Shown one piece after another: positions 51,474 to 63,490 of a stretch of DNA of 64,000 bases. The number at the start of each line of letters is the position of its first letter. Within the stretch, counting starts at the first letter, position 1. The DNA comes from Botryllus schlosseri (Eukaryota). The notes under the pieces were generated by a model. It saw only the letters and a list, made by a program, of their open reading frames with translations. It did not search any database and was not told where the DNA came from. The translations under genes and the position numbers were made by a program. The DNA lies in the NCBI GenBank assembly GCA_051294905.1, contig CM119377.1, forward strand, positions 21,018,001-21,082,000, written 5' to 3'.

Positions 51474-51646
51474 CTGAATGAATGTATTCGAATAAACAAG
51501 AAGCCAAAATATAATGGTGTAATCGTTTTTATAGAGCAAGCCTGAACCGCATCGCAATACGTTATATATCGGATTGAGCTACAAAATATATATTTAATGA
51601 GAAGTGGTTATTTAGGCTGATAATGTGGACAGTTTTTCGCACTCAC

Positions 51647-51817
51647 CTTGATTCCATGTCCCTTGAGATTCGGAATGAAGGACAAACATAGTTGCAAGTC
51701 CCCCTGCTGTTGCAAAACACAATGCACATAACATGGCAATCGCTATTTTCCCATATTTCGTAGAATCTTCAGTTTTCCGATCCAGGATTCGATTAGGTGG
51801 TTGGACGTAGACGTATT
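51647..51817 (-). CDS. Cytoplasmic tail and type II transmembrane exon of the lectin receptor
   Basis: Acceptor TTTTGTCAG, donor AAG/GTGAGT; 171 nt, phase 1-1; EYVYVQPPNRILDRKTEDSTKYGK-IAIAMLCALCFATAGGLATMFVL-HSESQGTWNQ. Confidence 0.8.
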
Positions 51818-52099
51818 CTGACAAAACGATTATTTGACATCCCGGTAAATAGCCAAAAAATCATACAAACGAGCAGACATATTATTAAAGCATATGTCCT
51901 AAATCGGGGTTCAAGTTCAAATGAACACTGGGGGCTCGCTATAGGATAGTATTGAGGGTGTCGCGGAGGTCAGGTCCATTCAGGGCGAGGGTCTTCGCTT
52001 TTAATTTGACTTCAAACTGGTCTTTGCGGACTTAACGATCATCTGTACAGGATTGGATGTCATGACGACGGAATATGCGAAATGTGCGCTTATCCTCAC

Positions 52100-52112
52100 C
52101 TAGACACCTCAT
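52100..52112 (-). CDS. Candidate start mini-exon (MRCL)
   Basis: ATG AGG TGT CTA G/GTGAGG gives a phase-1 donor compatible with the TM exon; very short, so could be chance. Confidence 0.45.
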
Positions 52113-54590
52113 ACCAATCAACCAACCAACCAACGATTCATATGATTCGTGATGACACGGCCGTCTTGGTTGTCATTGGCTGCACAGAATTATGGTCGTG
52201 ATCCTGATCAGTTGTCAATTGTGGTTGTTTACGTGTTACATCGTGCGTAATAGAGTATGCAGGAAAGGTCTCGAAATCGAAACACTGTCCCTTTGAATTC
52301 CCAGTTCTATTTTAAATATTTATTAGCTCATTTGCAATTGAGAATTCCCTATTCCACTGTTGCTAGGTGGCAGATCTCTTTCAAAGCTTAACCCTGGCAT
52401 TTCTGAAGTGGTCTATGGATGTTGAAAGCAGAAGTCATACGGATATACAGTAGATATTCATTATTATTTTTTGCGTCCATGCGATAATCATGATTTCATG
52501 GTTTTATTCTTTCAACACTGTTGCTGTTCTACGCTGCATTTGTGAACCAGTATTCTGGTAATGTGTAAGATGGTTAGTTACTAATTAGATGTGCCATGTG
52601 GTAGTTTTTTTGTTTTCGTGGTTCAGCAAAAATAATTGTTACAATAGGCTACTTTTATTTGCAGATTAGGGTAACGGTGCGCCGGATTAGTAAAGGTTAA
52701 AATCACTAGTATAGGTATACTATTCAAGCGTACTCACCATTGATATATATTTTATCGCATTGATCCTCAACGTCCTTATATTCAACGGATTGCATTTAGA
52801 TAGTTTTCAGTAATATGTTCGATGATCACATATGCCGATGTTATTGGTAATACCTAAACACAGGACTTTTTCTGTTCAATTCGATGCTGACTGCAGATAT
52901 CGACATAGCTTCGATACATAATAAGGCAATGTCCTGCTGTCCTTTGAACCCTAATCACCACAAAACGAAACAGTTCGTGCAATAGCGGAATTTTGGCCAT
53001 GGACGCAAAAACTTTCAATCACCAAATCCTAAAATATCGAAGCTAACTCATGGGTGGGGTTAACTGTATTACGTTGCATAGTGTTGCTGCTGCAATAGAT
53101 TCATCTCATTAGTACGAATATCACGATGAGAAGCAGAATACTGGACTGCAAACGAAGATAAAATTGTTAAAATCCGTCCAGATTTCTCGCTAACCCGAAT
53201 CGACACCGGCGTAGAATAGCTTCTTAATTTTTGTTGATGTACAGACTGCTAGTAGGACTTGTGTGCTCTCCTCACCTCAGATCTACTATGATAGGATTAT
53301 TATATAAGCATCGGAATAATTGATGAAAGTCGACCCAATTATCAATCGATTGAATATTGAAAACAAAACTAAATTGAAATACACTGATGCGAGACTCGGC
53401 ATACTTTACTAATGTCGTCACGGATGACATATTAATCTATGGATGTCCTAATTCAGAAAAAGTGATTTTGGAGTTCGACTGATCTCAAAGCGCAACTCTA
53501 GAGTTAAATGGTCGCATGGAAACGGTGTCGTTCCAAAATCTCGTTATATTATCCACTTGACCCTCAATAAATTTATACAGTCGAGCAAGAAAATCGAGAT
53601 GATCTAGTAAGCTAAACGGAGTGATACAGCTCTCCATGCAGTTACTTTAAAAAAGAATAAATTATACACATTGCTTCGTTCTGTAAACCCAACATATCAC
53701 ATAAAACGGCATCTTACTGTCATAGGCCAACATACAAACATGATGGTAGACCAGTAATTAAGATTTGGTGATACACCATGATGCAGACATGGGGTAATCG
53801 CGATTAGTAATCGTAATCGATTACGACGATTACAGCATTTTCAAGTAATCGTAATCGCAATCGATTACATTCGAAAAAATTCCGAAGTAATCGTAATCGT
53901 AATCGACTACTTCCCATATCTAATCGATTTCTTTGTGAAAGAACGATTACTTTTCATTTGTACAAGAACTATGAAATGAACTGAATATTCGAGAACAAGG
54001 AAGATATGTTATACCAGTTACGTGATAGCACAAACGTCTGATTTTCAAATGCCATTGCCCATTATTACGTCAGATGTAGCCTATTAGCTTTGCTAGTCAT
54101 TGCGTACCACAGTAAATAGATATTCGATGTACGTACATTAGTGTGATTGTAAGAACAGCCGCTGTGCTGTTTATCAGCTTATCAACACGTCTCACACGCT
54201 ATAGTACCCCGCAGCAGGATAATCTATCACCACTTTGCCTAGTTTAAAATAGTAACCTGTGCATTAATGTTTGGTTATGCTTAGTTAATCGCAGTTTGAC
54301 CGTTGCTGATTGGCGAGCAGTAGGCCTATGTAGTACGTACGTTCACCGGAGAAAGATTTAAAATTTTGTACTCGTCAAATAAAACGAAGCATCAAACATC
54401 AACAGCTGCTGATACATATCATAACCGAGCCGTTTTTACCGTTTCTCGTAACGGCAGCTTGCAGTACATTATCTGTATTAAGTTCAAGGCAGAGTTTTAT
54501 GTTCTCTGCATCTTGTTCTCGTATGACTCTACTGCCGTCATAGCCATGGACTTATATATCATGTTAGCGTGGGATATACCTAGAATCAGA

Positions 54591-57390
54591 ATATATATAT
54601 ATCGGCTTTCAATTAAATAAAAGGGCAAAAGAAAACAGGAAACAAAGGAACATCCAGATATCAGTTTTGGGCCCTTATCAAGCGCCTCCAGCGTGGGCGG
54701 TCGTGGGCGTCTTCGAGCGATAGCCCGCGTTGCGCTAGCTCGGTCTCTATTGTTGAGCGCCATGTGGTTCTATTCCAGCCACCTCTGCGCCATGGCTCTG
54801 TCGGAATGTGGTTGATGATGGCGGCGGCTGGTTGATCGTCTTGATGCCGCACTAGATGACCGATTAAGCGTAAGCGTCGTTCAGCAGCCGGCAAACGGCA
54901 TGGGACTGTTTTTGTGAGTTTGCGCAGAGCATTGTTGGATATGTGCTCCGGGTGGTGGATGCCGAGTGCGTAGCGGAGGAGTGCATCGTAGTTGGCGTTG
55001 AGTGTCTTAGCCAGCTTTTCTGTCAGCGTGAGTGCTTCTATTCCGTAAAGAAGAACCTGCTCGACAGTGGCACGGAAAATGCGGGTCTTGAGTTGGGGTG
55101 AGGCACTTGAGTGGAAGAGGCAATGTAGCCGTCTTGCCGCGCCCCAGGCCTTTGCTCGCCTCGCCTTCAGTGCTTTTCCAGAGTCCGCGACGTCAATACC
55201 GAGGTAAATAAAACTCTTGACATTCTTGAGCCTGACTTCTCCCAGTTGAATTGGTGTCGCGTTCTCCGGCAGAGCGGGTATGGCCAGAACCTCAGTCTTC
55301 TTGGCATTGATCTGGAGGCCAATAAGAGCGGCGGTGGCCTCTAGTTGGTTGATGAGGCGCTGTGCCGACGCGGTATTCGGGGCAAGCAAGGCGAGGTCGT
55401 CCGCGTAGGCAAGAATACCTACGTGGATAGCCTCGCGAGTCGTACGCGTACGCGTTCCTTGCCGTGGCCGCCATTCAAAGAAGTCCGAGTTGTCCGGGAA
55501 GGCCGTTCGTAGCACGAAGTCAAGGATTATCACGAACAAGAATGGTGCCAAGGTGTCACCTTGAAGCACGCCAGCCGAAGTGATAAAATCTCCGCTTGGA
55601 CCGTCGTCTGTTCGGACTCGCGCTCGTGTGAGGGCCACAATGGCGTACCTTATCACCTCAGGAATTCCATAGAATCTGAGGATCTTCGCCATGGCTGGGC
55701 GCGAGACCGAGTCGAAGGCTTTCGCAAAGTCAACAAAGACGGCCACAACATTCTTTTTGTGTGAGCGGCAGGTGTCAATGATTGTGGGCAGTGCCAGGAT
55801 ATGCTCTGTTGTACCGCAGGATGGTCGAAATCCATTCTGGACATTCAGGAGCTTGGTAGATACTTGCTCACGTATGCGAAGGAGCAGTACTCGGTCGAAC
55901 AGCTTGGCCGCGGTCTGCATGAGGGAGATGCCTCTGTAATTCGCTGGGTCACTCGCAGCGCCTTTCTTGTAGATAGGCACGATTTCGCTCTCGAGCCACT
56001 CGGGCGGCACCGGGCCGCCTTCGAGGACACCGTTCATGACGTCGAGGAGAAAAGGTGCAACGCCCGAGGTGTACGCAGCCGTTGGAATGCCGTCCGTACC
56101 GGTGGCCTTGAATTTTGGTACATCACGCATGGCTATCCTGAGCTCAGCTAGCGTGATCAGGTTTGTATTGATCGCGAGAGGAATTGCTGCTAATGAAGGC
56201 GGTGCAACGAGCACATCGATGTCCGGTGAAGGTGTAGATAAGAGGGTCTCGAAGTGTGATGCGAGGTCTTGCGTACAGGCCTTCACGCGGGTCCTCTTGG
56301 AGCCAACTAGTTCACCGATGGCTTTCCAGGCTGCTCTTGACCGGCCTGCTTCCAACTCGTTTTCCACGGAAAGAGCAATAGCTTCGACTCGTTCCTTGCG
56401 AGCAGCGTTGTAAACGTTAGTCAAGTGCAGAGCGGCCTCGTTAGCATCGCTATGTGCGCCCAGTGTTCCAGAGGTGTACGCGGCACGTCTGAGAGTCTTG
56501 AGGTTCTGGCGTGCAGTGAGCACCGCTGGGTCGGACTCCCAGGCTAATTTTGGCCGTGACTTGCTTTGTGCCTCACCGAGCGTTTCACGGGCTGCGTTCT
56601 TGACTGCTGCCACAAGTGGCGCAAAGGCGGTCGGTATAGTATTTTGGATCTCGAGGGCGTCGACTGTGTGTATGGTAAAGTCTTTCATCTTATTTGCGTC
56701 CTTGAGATCAAGCCAATTTGGTAGGCGCTCGTTCGGTGTACGCTTCGGGACGAACGGGAGGCTTTCACGAAGCGTGGCCAACACCATTCGATGGTCACTC
56801 CTCATCGTTAGCATGCGCACCGTTCGGCAGTTCGTGAAGTGGCGCCGTGCGGGAACTTTGCAGCAGATATAATCCAGCCGTGTCTTGCGTTGGCGCATAC
56901 CGTCAAATGTTGTCCTGCGTTTCGGCTTCATAGAGAAGTTGGCGTTGAGAGGAATGAGGTCGCAGCGGTCGAGTAGATTGGTGAAATGTTCAGAGTTGCT
57001 ATTTTCGTTGCCAACTGGGAAGCGAATTCGCTGTGAGCGCTCGGCCAACGTGGCATTCATGTCCCCGAGTAGCATGGTTATGTCGCGCTGCGGGTAGGTG
57101 GAGATAATACCTTCTAGTTGGTCGTAGAAGGCGAGCGCATCAGCTGGGAAGGCAGTGGTGTTCGGAGATGTAGGTCCATACGCGCACACGAGATGCAGTT
57201 TGCGGCGACGGAGTTGAATGCTAGCTGTAATAATCCGGCTGTTTATAACGCAAATCTTTGCCTCATCGTGAAAACGCCGGGACATGATTATACCAACGCC
57301 TCCAACTCCGCCTTGGTTGGCAGGTGACTGGACCATGATAATGCCAAAACAACAATTCGTCCCCCAGTCCAAACGGTGGTCTTTGGCCGC
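54591..57390 (-). mobile_element. 5'-truncated RTE-clade-like LINE
   Basis: Absent from family-C copy 1; about 60-nt 3' UTR ending in an (AT)n tail; clearly GC-richer than its flanks; no TSD found. Confidence 0.92.
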
Positions 57391-57393
57391 CAT
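54661..57393 (-). CDS. LINE ORF: truncated APE endonuclease plus reverse transcriptase (910 aa)
   Basis: APE motifs GDMNA, LDY, SDH; RT motifs QNGFR, FVDFAKAFDS, GVLQGDTLAPFLF, YADD, FIYLG; RTE-like C-terminus (DR..WR). Confidence 0.95.
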   Translation of the reverse strand: MAAKDHRLDWGTNCCFGIIMVQSPANQGGVGGVGIIMSRRFHDEAKICVINSRIITASIQLRRRKLHLVCAYGPTSPNTTAFPADALAFYDQLEGIISTYPQRDITMLLGDMNATLAERSQRIRFPVGNENSNSEHFTNLLDRCDLIPLNANFSMKPKRRTTFDGMRQRKTRLDYICCKVPARRHFTNCRTVRMLTMRSDHRMVLATLRESLPFVPKRTPNERLPNWLDLKDANKMKDFTIHTVDALEIQNTIPTAFAPLVAAVKNAARETLGEAQSKSRPKLAWESDPAVLTARQNLKTLRRAAYTSGTLGAHSDANEAALHLTNVYNAARKERVEAIALSVENELEAGRSRAAWKAIGELVGSKRTRVKACTQDLASHFETLLSTPSPDIDVLVAPPSLAAIPLAINTNLITLAELRIAMRDVPKFKATGTDGIPTAAYTSGVAPFLLDVMNGVLEGGPVPPEWLESEIVPIYKKGAASDPANYRGISLMQTAAKLFDRVLLLRIREQVSTKLLNVQNGFRPSCGTTEHILALPTIIDTCRSHKKNVVAVFVDFAKAFDSVSRPAMAKILRFYGIPEVIRYAIVALTRARVRTDDGPSGDFITSAGVLQGDTLAPFLFVIILDFVLRTAFPDNSDFFEWRPRQGTRTRTTREAIHVGILAYADDLALLAPNTASAQRLINQLEATAALIGLQINAKKTEVLAIPALPENATPIQLGEVRLKNVKSFIYLGIDVADSGKALKARRAKAWGAARRLHCLFHSSASPQLKTRIFRATVEQVLLYGIEALTLTEKLAKTLNANYDALLRYALGIHHPEHISNNALRKLTKTVPCRLPAAERRLRLIGHLVRHQDDQPAAAIINHIPTEPWRRGGWNRTTWRSTIETELAQRGLSLEDAHDRPRWRRLIRAQN

Positions 57394-59339
57394 AGGGTGG
57401 TATTTTCAAGTTGAAGACTGAATGTAGTCAATAACATTGGTAATCGCATAATATAATATTATGAATTTTTTATCCTCTCTCTGCCCCCGATGGTCAGATT
57501 TACGTCTGGTATCTTGTTATAATTACTTTATTGTATGTTGTTAATTCAAGGCCTCCGGTCTGTTATATAACCAAAAGATATTGTTGTATCCCAAACGTAG
57601 CAGACTAAAAGAAAAAAAAACTTTTGTGAGACGCACACACAAATTGTCATGTCTTTAATGTTCTGTGGGTGCCCGGGAGTGGCATTTGCATTGTGGATTC
57701 AGATTGGAAGGACCAGACTATTAGTCACGACCACCCAGCGCGGCTATTGTCAATGGGCACATACCCCAAGTTTCGGCCAAGGTCTTTCTTTAGTAGCACA
57801 CTTCGTGAAGTCGCGTGTTGGTCGAAACTGCATGTCTTTTGGTGTGTTGTGTCACGGTATTGACTGGAACCTTAATGCCCATTACTATAAATTAGGGGTG
57901 CTTTTAGAACAAAATCAATTTAAAGAAAATATGTTTAAAAGAAGGCCCTTGTTTAAAACATGTTTTTTATTGACATTGACAATTGAAAATATAGGGGAAA
58001 TATAGCTCCTTTGACGAAATATCTTTAATATAATTGTTGAACCGACTATTCGAGGGGTTCCAATCCTCCTATATCGATGTATGTCGGCTACATCGGGTGG
58101 CAATTGTCCGTAGGCTGATACAACATGTTTTTTCGAAAGCATTTACACAAACATGGCATAACTTTACAACTTGAAAAAACACAATTTTCAAGTTATTTAA
58201 ATCTCTTAAAAATACTCTATGATTTATGTAGGTTTACGAAATACGTTTGAGTCCTCTTCGAGCTCGCTCCCCGCCCTATTGGGAAATTTGGGATGGGCAC
58301 TAGGCAGTCATGAACCTGGCAAGAATGCAAATCGTTGGGTGCGATAAATCGTCCACTATAAAAATGGGCAATATGTACATTATGACGTAACAAGCAAATG
58401 ACGCATCTTTTTAAAGGAAGTTTGTTATCTCATTAGGCGTTTTCAGCGCAATCCATATATTGTCTTCCAATAAAAATTCTAACATGCAAAGTAAATGTAA
58501 TCGTGAGTAATCATGTTTACTTTTCCAATGTAATCGTAATCGTAATCGACTACTTCCCGATTTTGCTGTAATCGTAATCGTAATCGCGTCATTCAGAAGT
58601 AATCGTAATCGCAATCGATTACATTCATGAAGTAATCACTCCATGTCTGCCATGATGATGGTGGAAAGATGACAGATCGATCATATAAGTTACTCAACGC
58701 GTATAATACAACGGCTGGATACCTATATTTCGTTTGCATAACATTCTTTAATGTGACTTCTGCGGGGGATTTCATATTACTAATATTGTTACAAACGTAT
58801 TTGCACGGCGTTTCGCATCATGGTATTTCTTCCCGATTGATGGGCTCGCGGCAATTTTCGATATGATTAATGTTTTGCAATAAGATCTCACACGACACCG
58901 GATTGTGAGTGACACGGATTCGGACACGTACCAATCGTCTAACAACATGAAATATCATAAACGTGAAAAATGATGAAGGTTACAAATCATTTACAAATCT
59001 TTCAATGAATAAGATGGCATAAAATGTTGCTCGCAAATATATAAACCATCTCATTTGTGAGATTCATCCCACAATTAATCTTGACACATAGCCTAGTCTT
59101 TGTCAATCTTCAAGGTTTTAGCCCCTACACGGGGATTAGTTTATGACCTGTAGTTTATAACAATGAAGAAGCAAAATGTTATGTTTTCATAAATGGGCAT
59201 TGGTAGAGGTTTTATGACATTCCGGTGTGCAACATTGCCTCGCCATGCTGACATGACCAGCTATTGAGCAGCGCATGAGATCTCACGCCAGGTCAATTGG
59301 AACACTATACCAGCTACAGAGCTCGATCTAACTCTAATG

Positions 59340-59661
59340 CAGCGGTTCTCAAACTTTTTTAGACACTCCTCGCTTTTTGAAAGTGACAAATTTCGCGCCC
59401 CTATTATCGTGAAATTATAAAATACTAAGGAGAGAAATCAGAATGTCAGACATCCCAACGGATAGTTTGATGGCACCTAATGTTATGGCTATTGATGAGA
59501 GAATTTTCAAGTATGAAATTTTGACAATAGAGTAAAAGCTACGAGCTGGAGGTACTTCGCGCATAGCACCAAAACTTTTTCAGTTACCTGGAGCTTCGCC
59601 CCCCCTTCAGGTATTTTCACGGCCCCAAGGGGAGCGTGTGCCACCAGTTTGAGGACCACTG
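59340..59661. mobile_element. hAT MITE family B
   Basis: TIRs CAGCGGTTCTCAAAC / GTTTGAGGACCACTG; perfect TSD CTCTAATG. Confidence 0.92.
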
Positions 59662-59923
59662 CTCTAATGCATTGTTTCGCTGATGCAATATTATTCGGAA
59701 TAATGCCAATTCTCATTATTGATAGAGATTCATCGGCCTGATCCGGGAAAAGGTTATGCATTTGCAATCAGTAGTACAGTGATCGTTTCAGTTAGATCCG
59801 GTTTTATATTCTGAAGTGCAGTCGCTAACTCGCTATACTGATAGCCTACCAAATACCATTTAAGATTGGTCACATAATCATCGTAATCAGACTTTCTCTT
59901 TCAATAAATCGGTTGGTATAAAT

Positions 59924-61294
59924 CAGGGGCGGGCAACTTCTCCAGTCGGCGGGCCGGATATATGAAAAGTAAGCACTCGGCGGGCCGGATTCTTGAATCG
60001 GCACATTATTCGCCCATTTATCCACATATACAAGGTGTACAATGTACATCGAATTTAATGAATGTACTTGGTGGGCCAGATTGTCTAACCCAGTGGTTCC
60101 CAACCTTTTTCGACCCATCGCCCCCTTTTCAAGGTCAACACCGATCATCGCCCCCAAAAAATTTTGTGTACCGAAAACTGGGCATACAAACTGTAATCAC
60201 CGGCGAGTTGACTAAAAAAAAAGGTCAAATTGTCGGCTCGACGTCTAAATTGACACACTTTTGTATAAAAAAAATTTCCGTGGTATGACTAAAAAAAAAA
60301 AGAAAAGAAAGGTCAGCCGTTTTGACGCGTCATCGCTCCCTTCGCTATTTTCGCCCCCCGTCGCCCCCTTTGTCCATTTTCGCCCCCCTGTCGCACCCTT
60401 CGTCATTTTCGCCCCCCTAGACCGCCAAATCGCCCCCTGGGGGACGATATCGCCCACGCTTGGAACCACTGGTTTAACCGATACATTATTCGCCCATTTA
60501 TCCACATATACAAATAATAAATCGTATTTATTTAATGTCTTTTAACGACAGCAATGTCACTTCAAAGCCATTTCTCGCCCATAATGACGAAGACAATGTG
60601 GATTTGAGAACAGCATTGTCATACAGGCGCCGCCATGTCTGCTTCTCTCTGATCAATCAACACACGGTGGAATCACTAATTAAGATTTCAAGGCGTTCGA
60701 TAATCCCGGTACCCCAAATTTACCAAGATATCAATTCATTAGGGCTGAGTAGATAACGAGATAGCGTCGTTGTTCAACTATGTGGCTTAACTTATCTCGA
60801 TATTGAATCCATGCGGACCGCGGCTTCTACGACATTTGAAAAGTGGCCCGCGACCCTTTTTGAGTTGGCGACCGCTGGCATAAGCGGTGTCTTACAAAAG
60901 TCTAGAAGTGTGCCGTGCTACAAGTCGGCGGCTACGGAATCAAAAGTAAGAAATATCGGCCTGGTGTAAATGATCATTGTAGTCGACAAACGCCATGATT
61001 ACCACAAACGATATTTGGGTTGAGTACATCGTAAATGCCGATAATGCAAGTCTTCCCGCTTCAACGAACTTAAGCGTAAGCTCCACTCACGCACGCTGCG
61101 CAGTGCGCTTACATGTATTGGATATATAATAACATACAGTCACTAAAATTTGACGTAGTAAGCAAGTAGCGGGGATCTCTGCAGACTGTAGCCGCGGGCC
61201 ACATTATCATATAAGACGGAAAACTGTCCGCGGGCCGGACAAAATCACTTCACGGGCTGGATCCGGCCCGCGGGCCATATGTTGCCCGCCCCTG
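59924..61294 (+). mobile_element. hAT MITE family A, copy 2
   Basis: TIRs CAGGGGCGGGCAAC / GTTGCCCGCCCCTG; perfect TSD GTATAAAT; same internal end and SINE cargo as 41129-42338. Confidence 0.92.
60091..60471. mobile_element. hAT MITE with (CGCCCCC)n arrays nested in A copy 2
   Basis: TIRs CAGTGGTTCCCAAC / CTTGGAACCACTG; TSD GTCTAACC/GTTTAACC; empty site visible in A copy 1 at ~41185-41200. Confidence 0.88.
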
Positions 61295-62544
61295 GTATAA
61301 ATGATGCCCAAAAATTTTCAAATCCTCTTTTAACAATCCTTCCAGGTTCTGCACATCTATGTTGACGTTCACAATAGTCTCTACTAATTTTTCAAGCTTT
61401 GTTGCAAATGCATGCATTTATTCCACCGATACGAAAATGCTTAGCAGATAGTCGGTACTTGGGTATTTAGGCATTATCAAAAGTTATATTACATCTTAGT
61501 ATATGCAGCACTGCCTTACTATGCTCATGGAATCAACTAAACATCAACCAACTAGGAAAAATCATTGAAACATTACGCCAGTACGGCCGATTGCAGCACT
61601 CCACCACGGTCGACAACACTCAATCCCGTGCATCCGGTCAACATTATCCCCCGAACGGACTGATTTCGCCGGGAGCCGACCTCCCAGCGTTAAGGGACGA
61701 GGGAGTCTCCAATCATTGTATGTATATCATTAGTGAAACATAGCACTGATTAACACATAATTTGGTGCCAAGAAAGTTTCAACGGTATTCGGTCGTATGC
61801 ATGTCGCTGAATCCTAAAATGAGAGCAGTTTTTCGAATTGGCTCTATTTTTTATTTATTCCATATTTTAGTTCCAAAGAAATTCTAAAAATACCCAATTT
61901 TGATTTCGGGAAAATTCTCATTTTCTACAAATTTTAGGAGTCTACATCCGTCTTAAAGCATGTGCATACCGTATTCTTCCATTTCTGAAGCGATATCGCT
62001 CAACATGCAATCGTTAACACAGAGAGCCTTGTAAACGGAAATCATGTTTCATGTGAAGATCAAGCAAGGATTTGGCGATATTACCTGTAAACAAAAACAG
62101 CTGTCGTCATAGTAAAAGCACTACTTTAAGTAACGTTTAAAGTGCATTCAGTAAGGTATCAAAGCATCTTACACAACTATAGAACTACGCTATAGCTACC
62201 ATAGCTATAAAATGAGATATCTGAAGGTAATACTCGACACTGTAGCCTACTTGTGGTTAACAATGCAAAGAAACTCCAACTTATCAGAATGAAGCTTCTA
62301 CTGTTACACTGCGACTGCCTGGTTTACTGTGTGATGTTGTACAGTTCTCAGAAAACTGATGAAATCACTCATAACAGTACAGGTATACAGTAGGGTTGGG
62401 ACTTCGGGATCAAATTTCAAATACCGGGATCGGGATTTACCGGGATTTTCGCTCCTCAATCCCGGGATTTCCCGGGATTAGCAAAGTATCAAAATGGACA
62501 CAAGCTACACAAACAACATATATTCCTCATAATATTGACGCAAA

Positions 62545-63490
62545 AACATGCTCCCGTGAATACGAATGATACCCAGCGATCGAAACCCACCCGGACAATG
62601 AGCGTTTAAATTCATGTACCGCCTGTTTTTGGTAGGAGTCGATTTGTCCAACGTGATCGAAAAACGTCCATCATTCCGTCACATCACCATAAGCTCTTCT
62701 TCCACACACTTGCGGATTTTTTTGCTGTGCTCGATCACGAGGTCCCGAACCCGTTTGTGACATCTTGGCAAGTCATAGCCGTCAGCCTTGAAGGCCCGAC
62801 AAATTCGCTCACTTTGGAAAAATTTGTTTAAATCCTAGCCCGTCCCCAGCAGTTAGCTGACTGGGAAGTTCACCGGACCGAGGATTATGCGATTTATAAA
62901 ATGAATCGATCTTCCTCGTCTTCATTTTTGACTGATCTTTCTTTGACTTGCCCGATTGAGTCAGGGGTGATTTAATTACTATCATGTGTAGTTGTGTACG
63001 GACCTCAAATGCATTACCAGTCACTTTGTTCTATACCAGTGGTTCCCAACCTTTTTCGACTAATCGTCCCCTTATCAAGCTCGACACAAATTTTCACCCC
63101 CCATCCCCTATCGCCCCATATTTACGGACCTGAAGAAGATGACATATAAACGGGAAATTTATTCACCTAACTTTGATCGCCAAAGAATTGAGTAGATAAA
63201 AAGGTATTTTTTCCGAGTAGGTGCTCGAAAAACCGGTTTCCGCCGTTAAGTTGACTATTTTAGTCGTATGCAGAATAAGCCGTTATGATTATATATATCT
63301 CACTGAACGTCGTAACATTTTCGCCCTCTAATTGCCCACTTGTTTCTCTAAATCGCCCACGTTGGGAACAGCTGTGCTAGACCCTGAAGCTTTCAAAACG
63401 TCTTGACACAAGTTGCATTTGGCTTTTTCTGTAGATTTGCAAGACAAAAAGTTTTGCTGCACATCTGATTTTTTCTTCGCACTGACATCT
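62545..63490 (-). pseudogene. hAT transposase 5' half, disrupted
   Basis: KAKCNLCQDVLKASGSSTK*LVMHLRSVH (BED finger, after removing the nested MITE), then ...FSITLDKSTPTKNRRYMNLNAH...FRSLGIIRIHGS; stops and frameshift present. Confidence 0.88.
63037..63374. mobile_element. hAT MITE (same family as 60091-60471) inserted in the BED-finger codons
   Basis: CAGTGGTTCCCAAC...GTTGGGAACAGCTG; degenerate TSD TTCTATAC/TGCTAGAC. Confidence 0.8.

Larger units (their letters stand above)
53784..58649 (+). mobile_element. hAT MITE family C, copy 2, interrupted by an RTE-type LINE
   Basis: TIRs CAGACATGGGG / CTCCATGTCTG; perfect TSD CCATGATG; collinear with 5151-7643. Confidence 0.92.

Noticed and set aside
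54497-57327. Many short ORFs overlapping the LINE, the large ORF and the MITEs
   Set aside because: Shadow frames from GC-rich coding DNA or repeats, with no independent support
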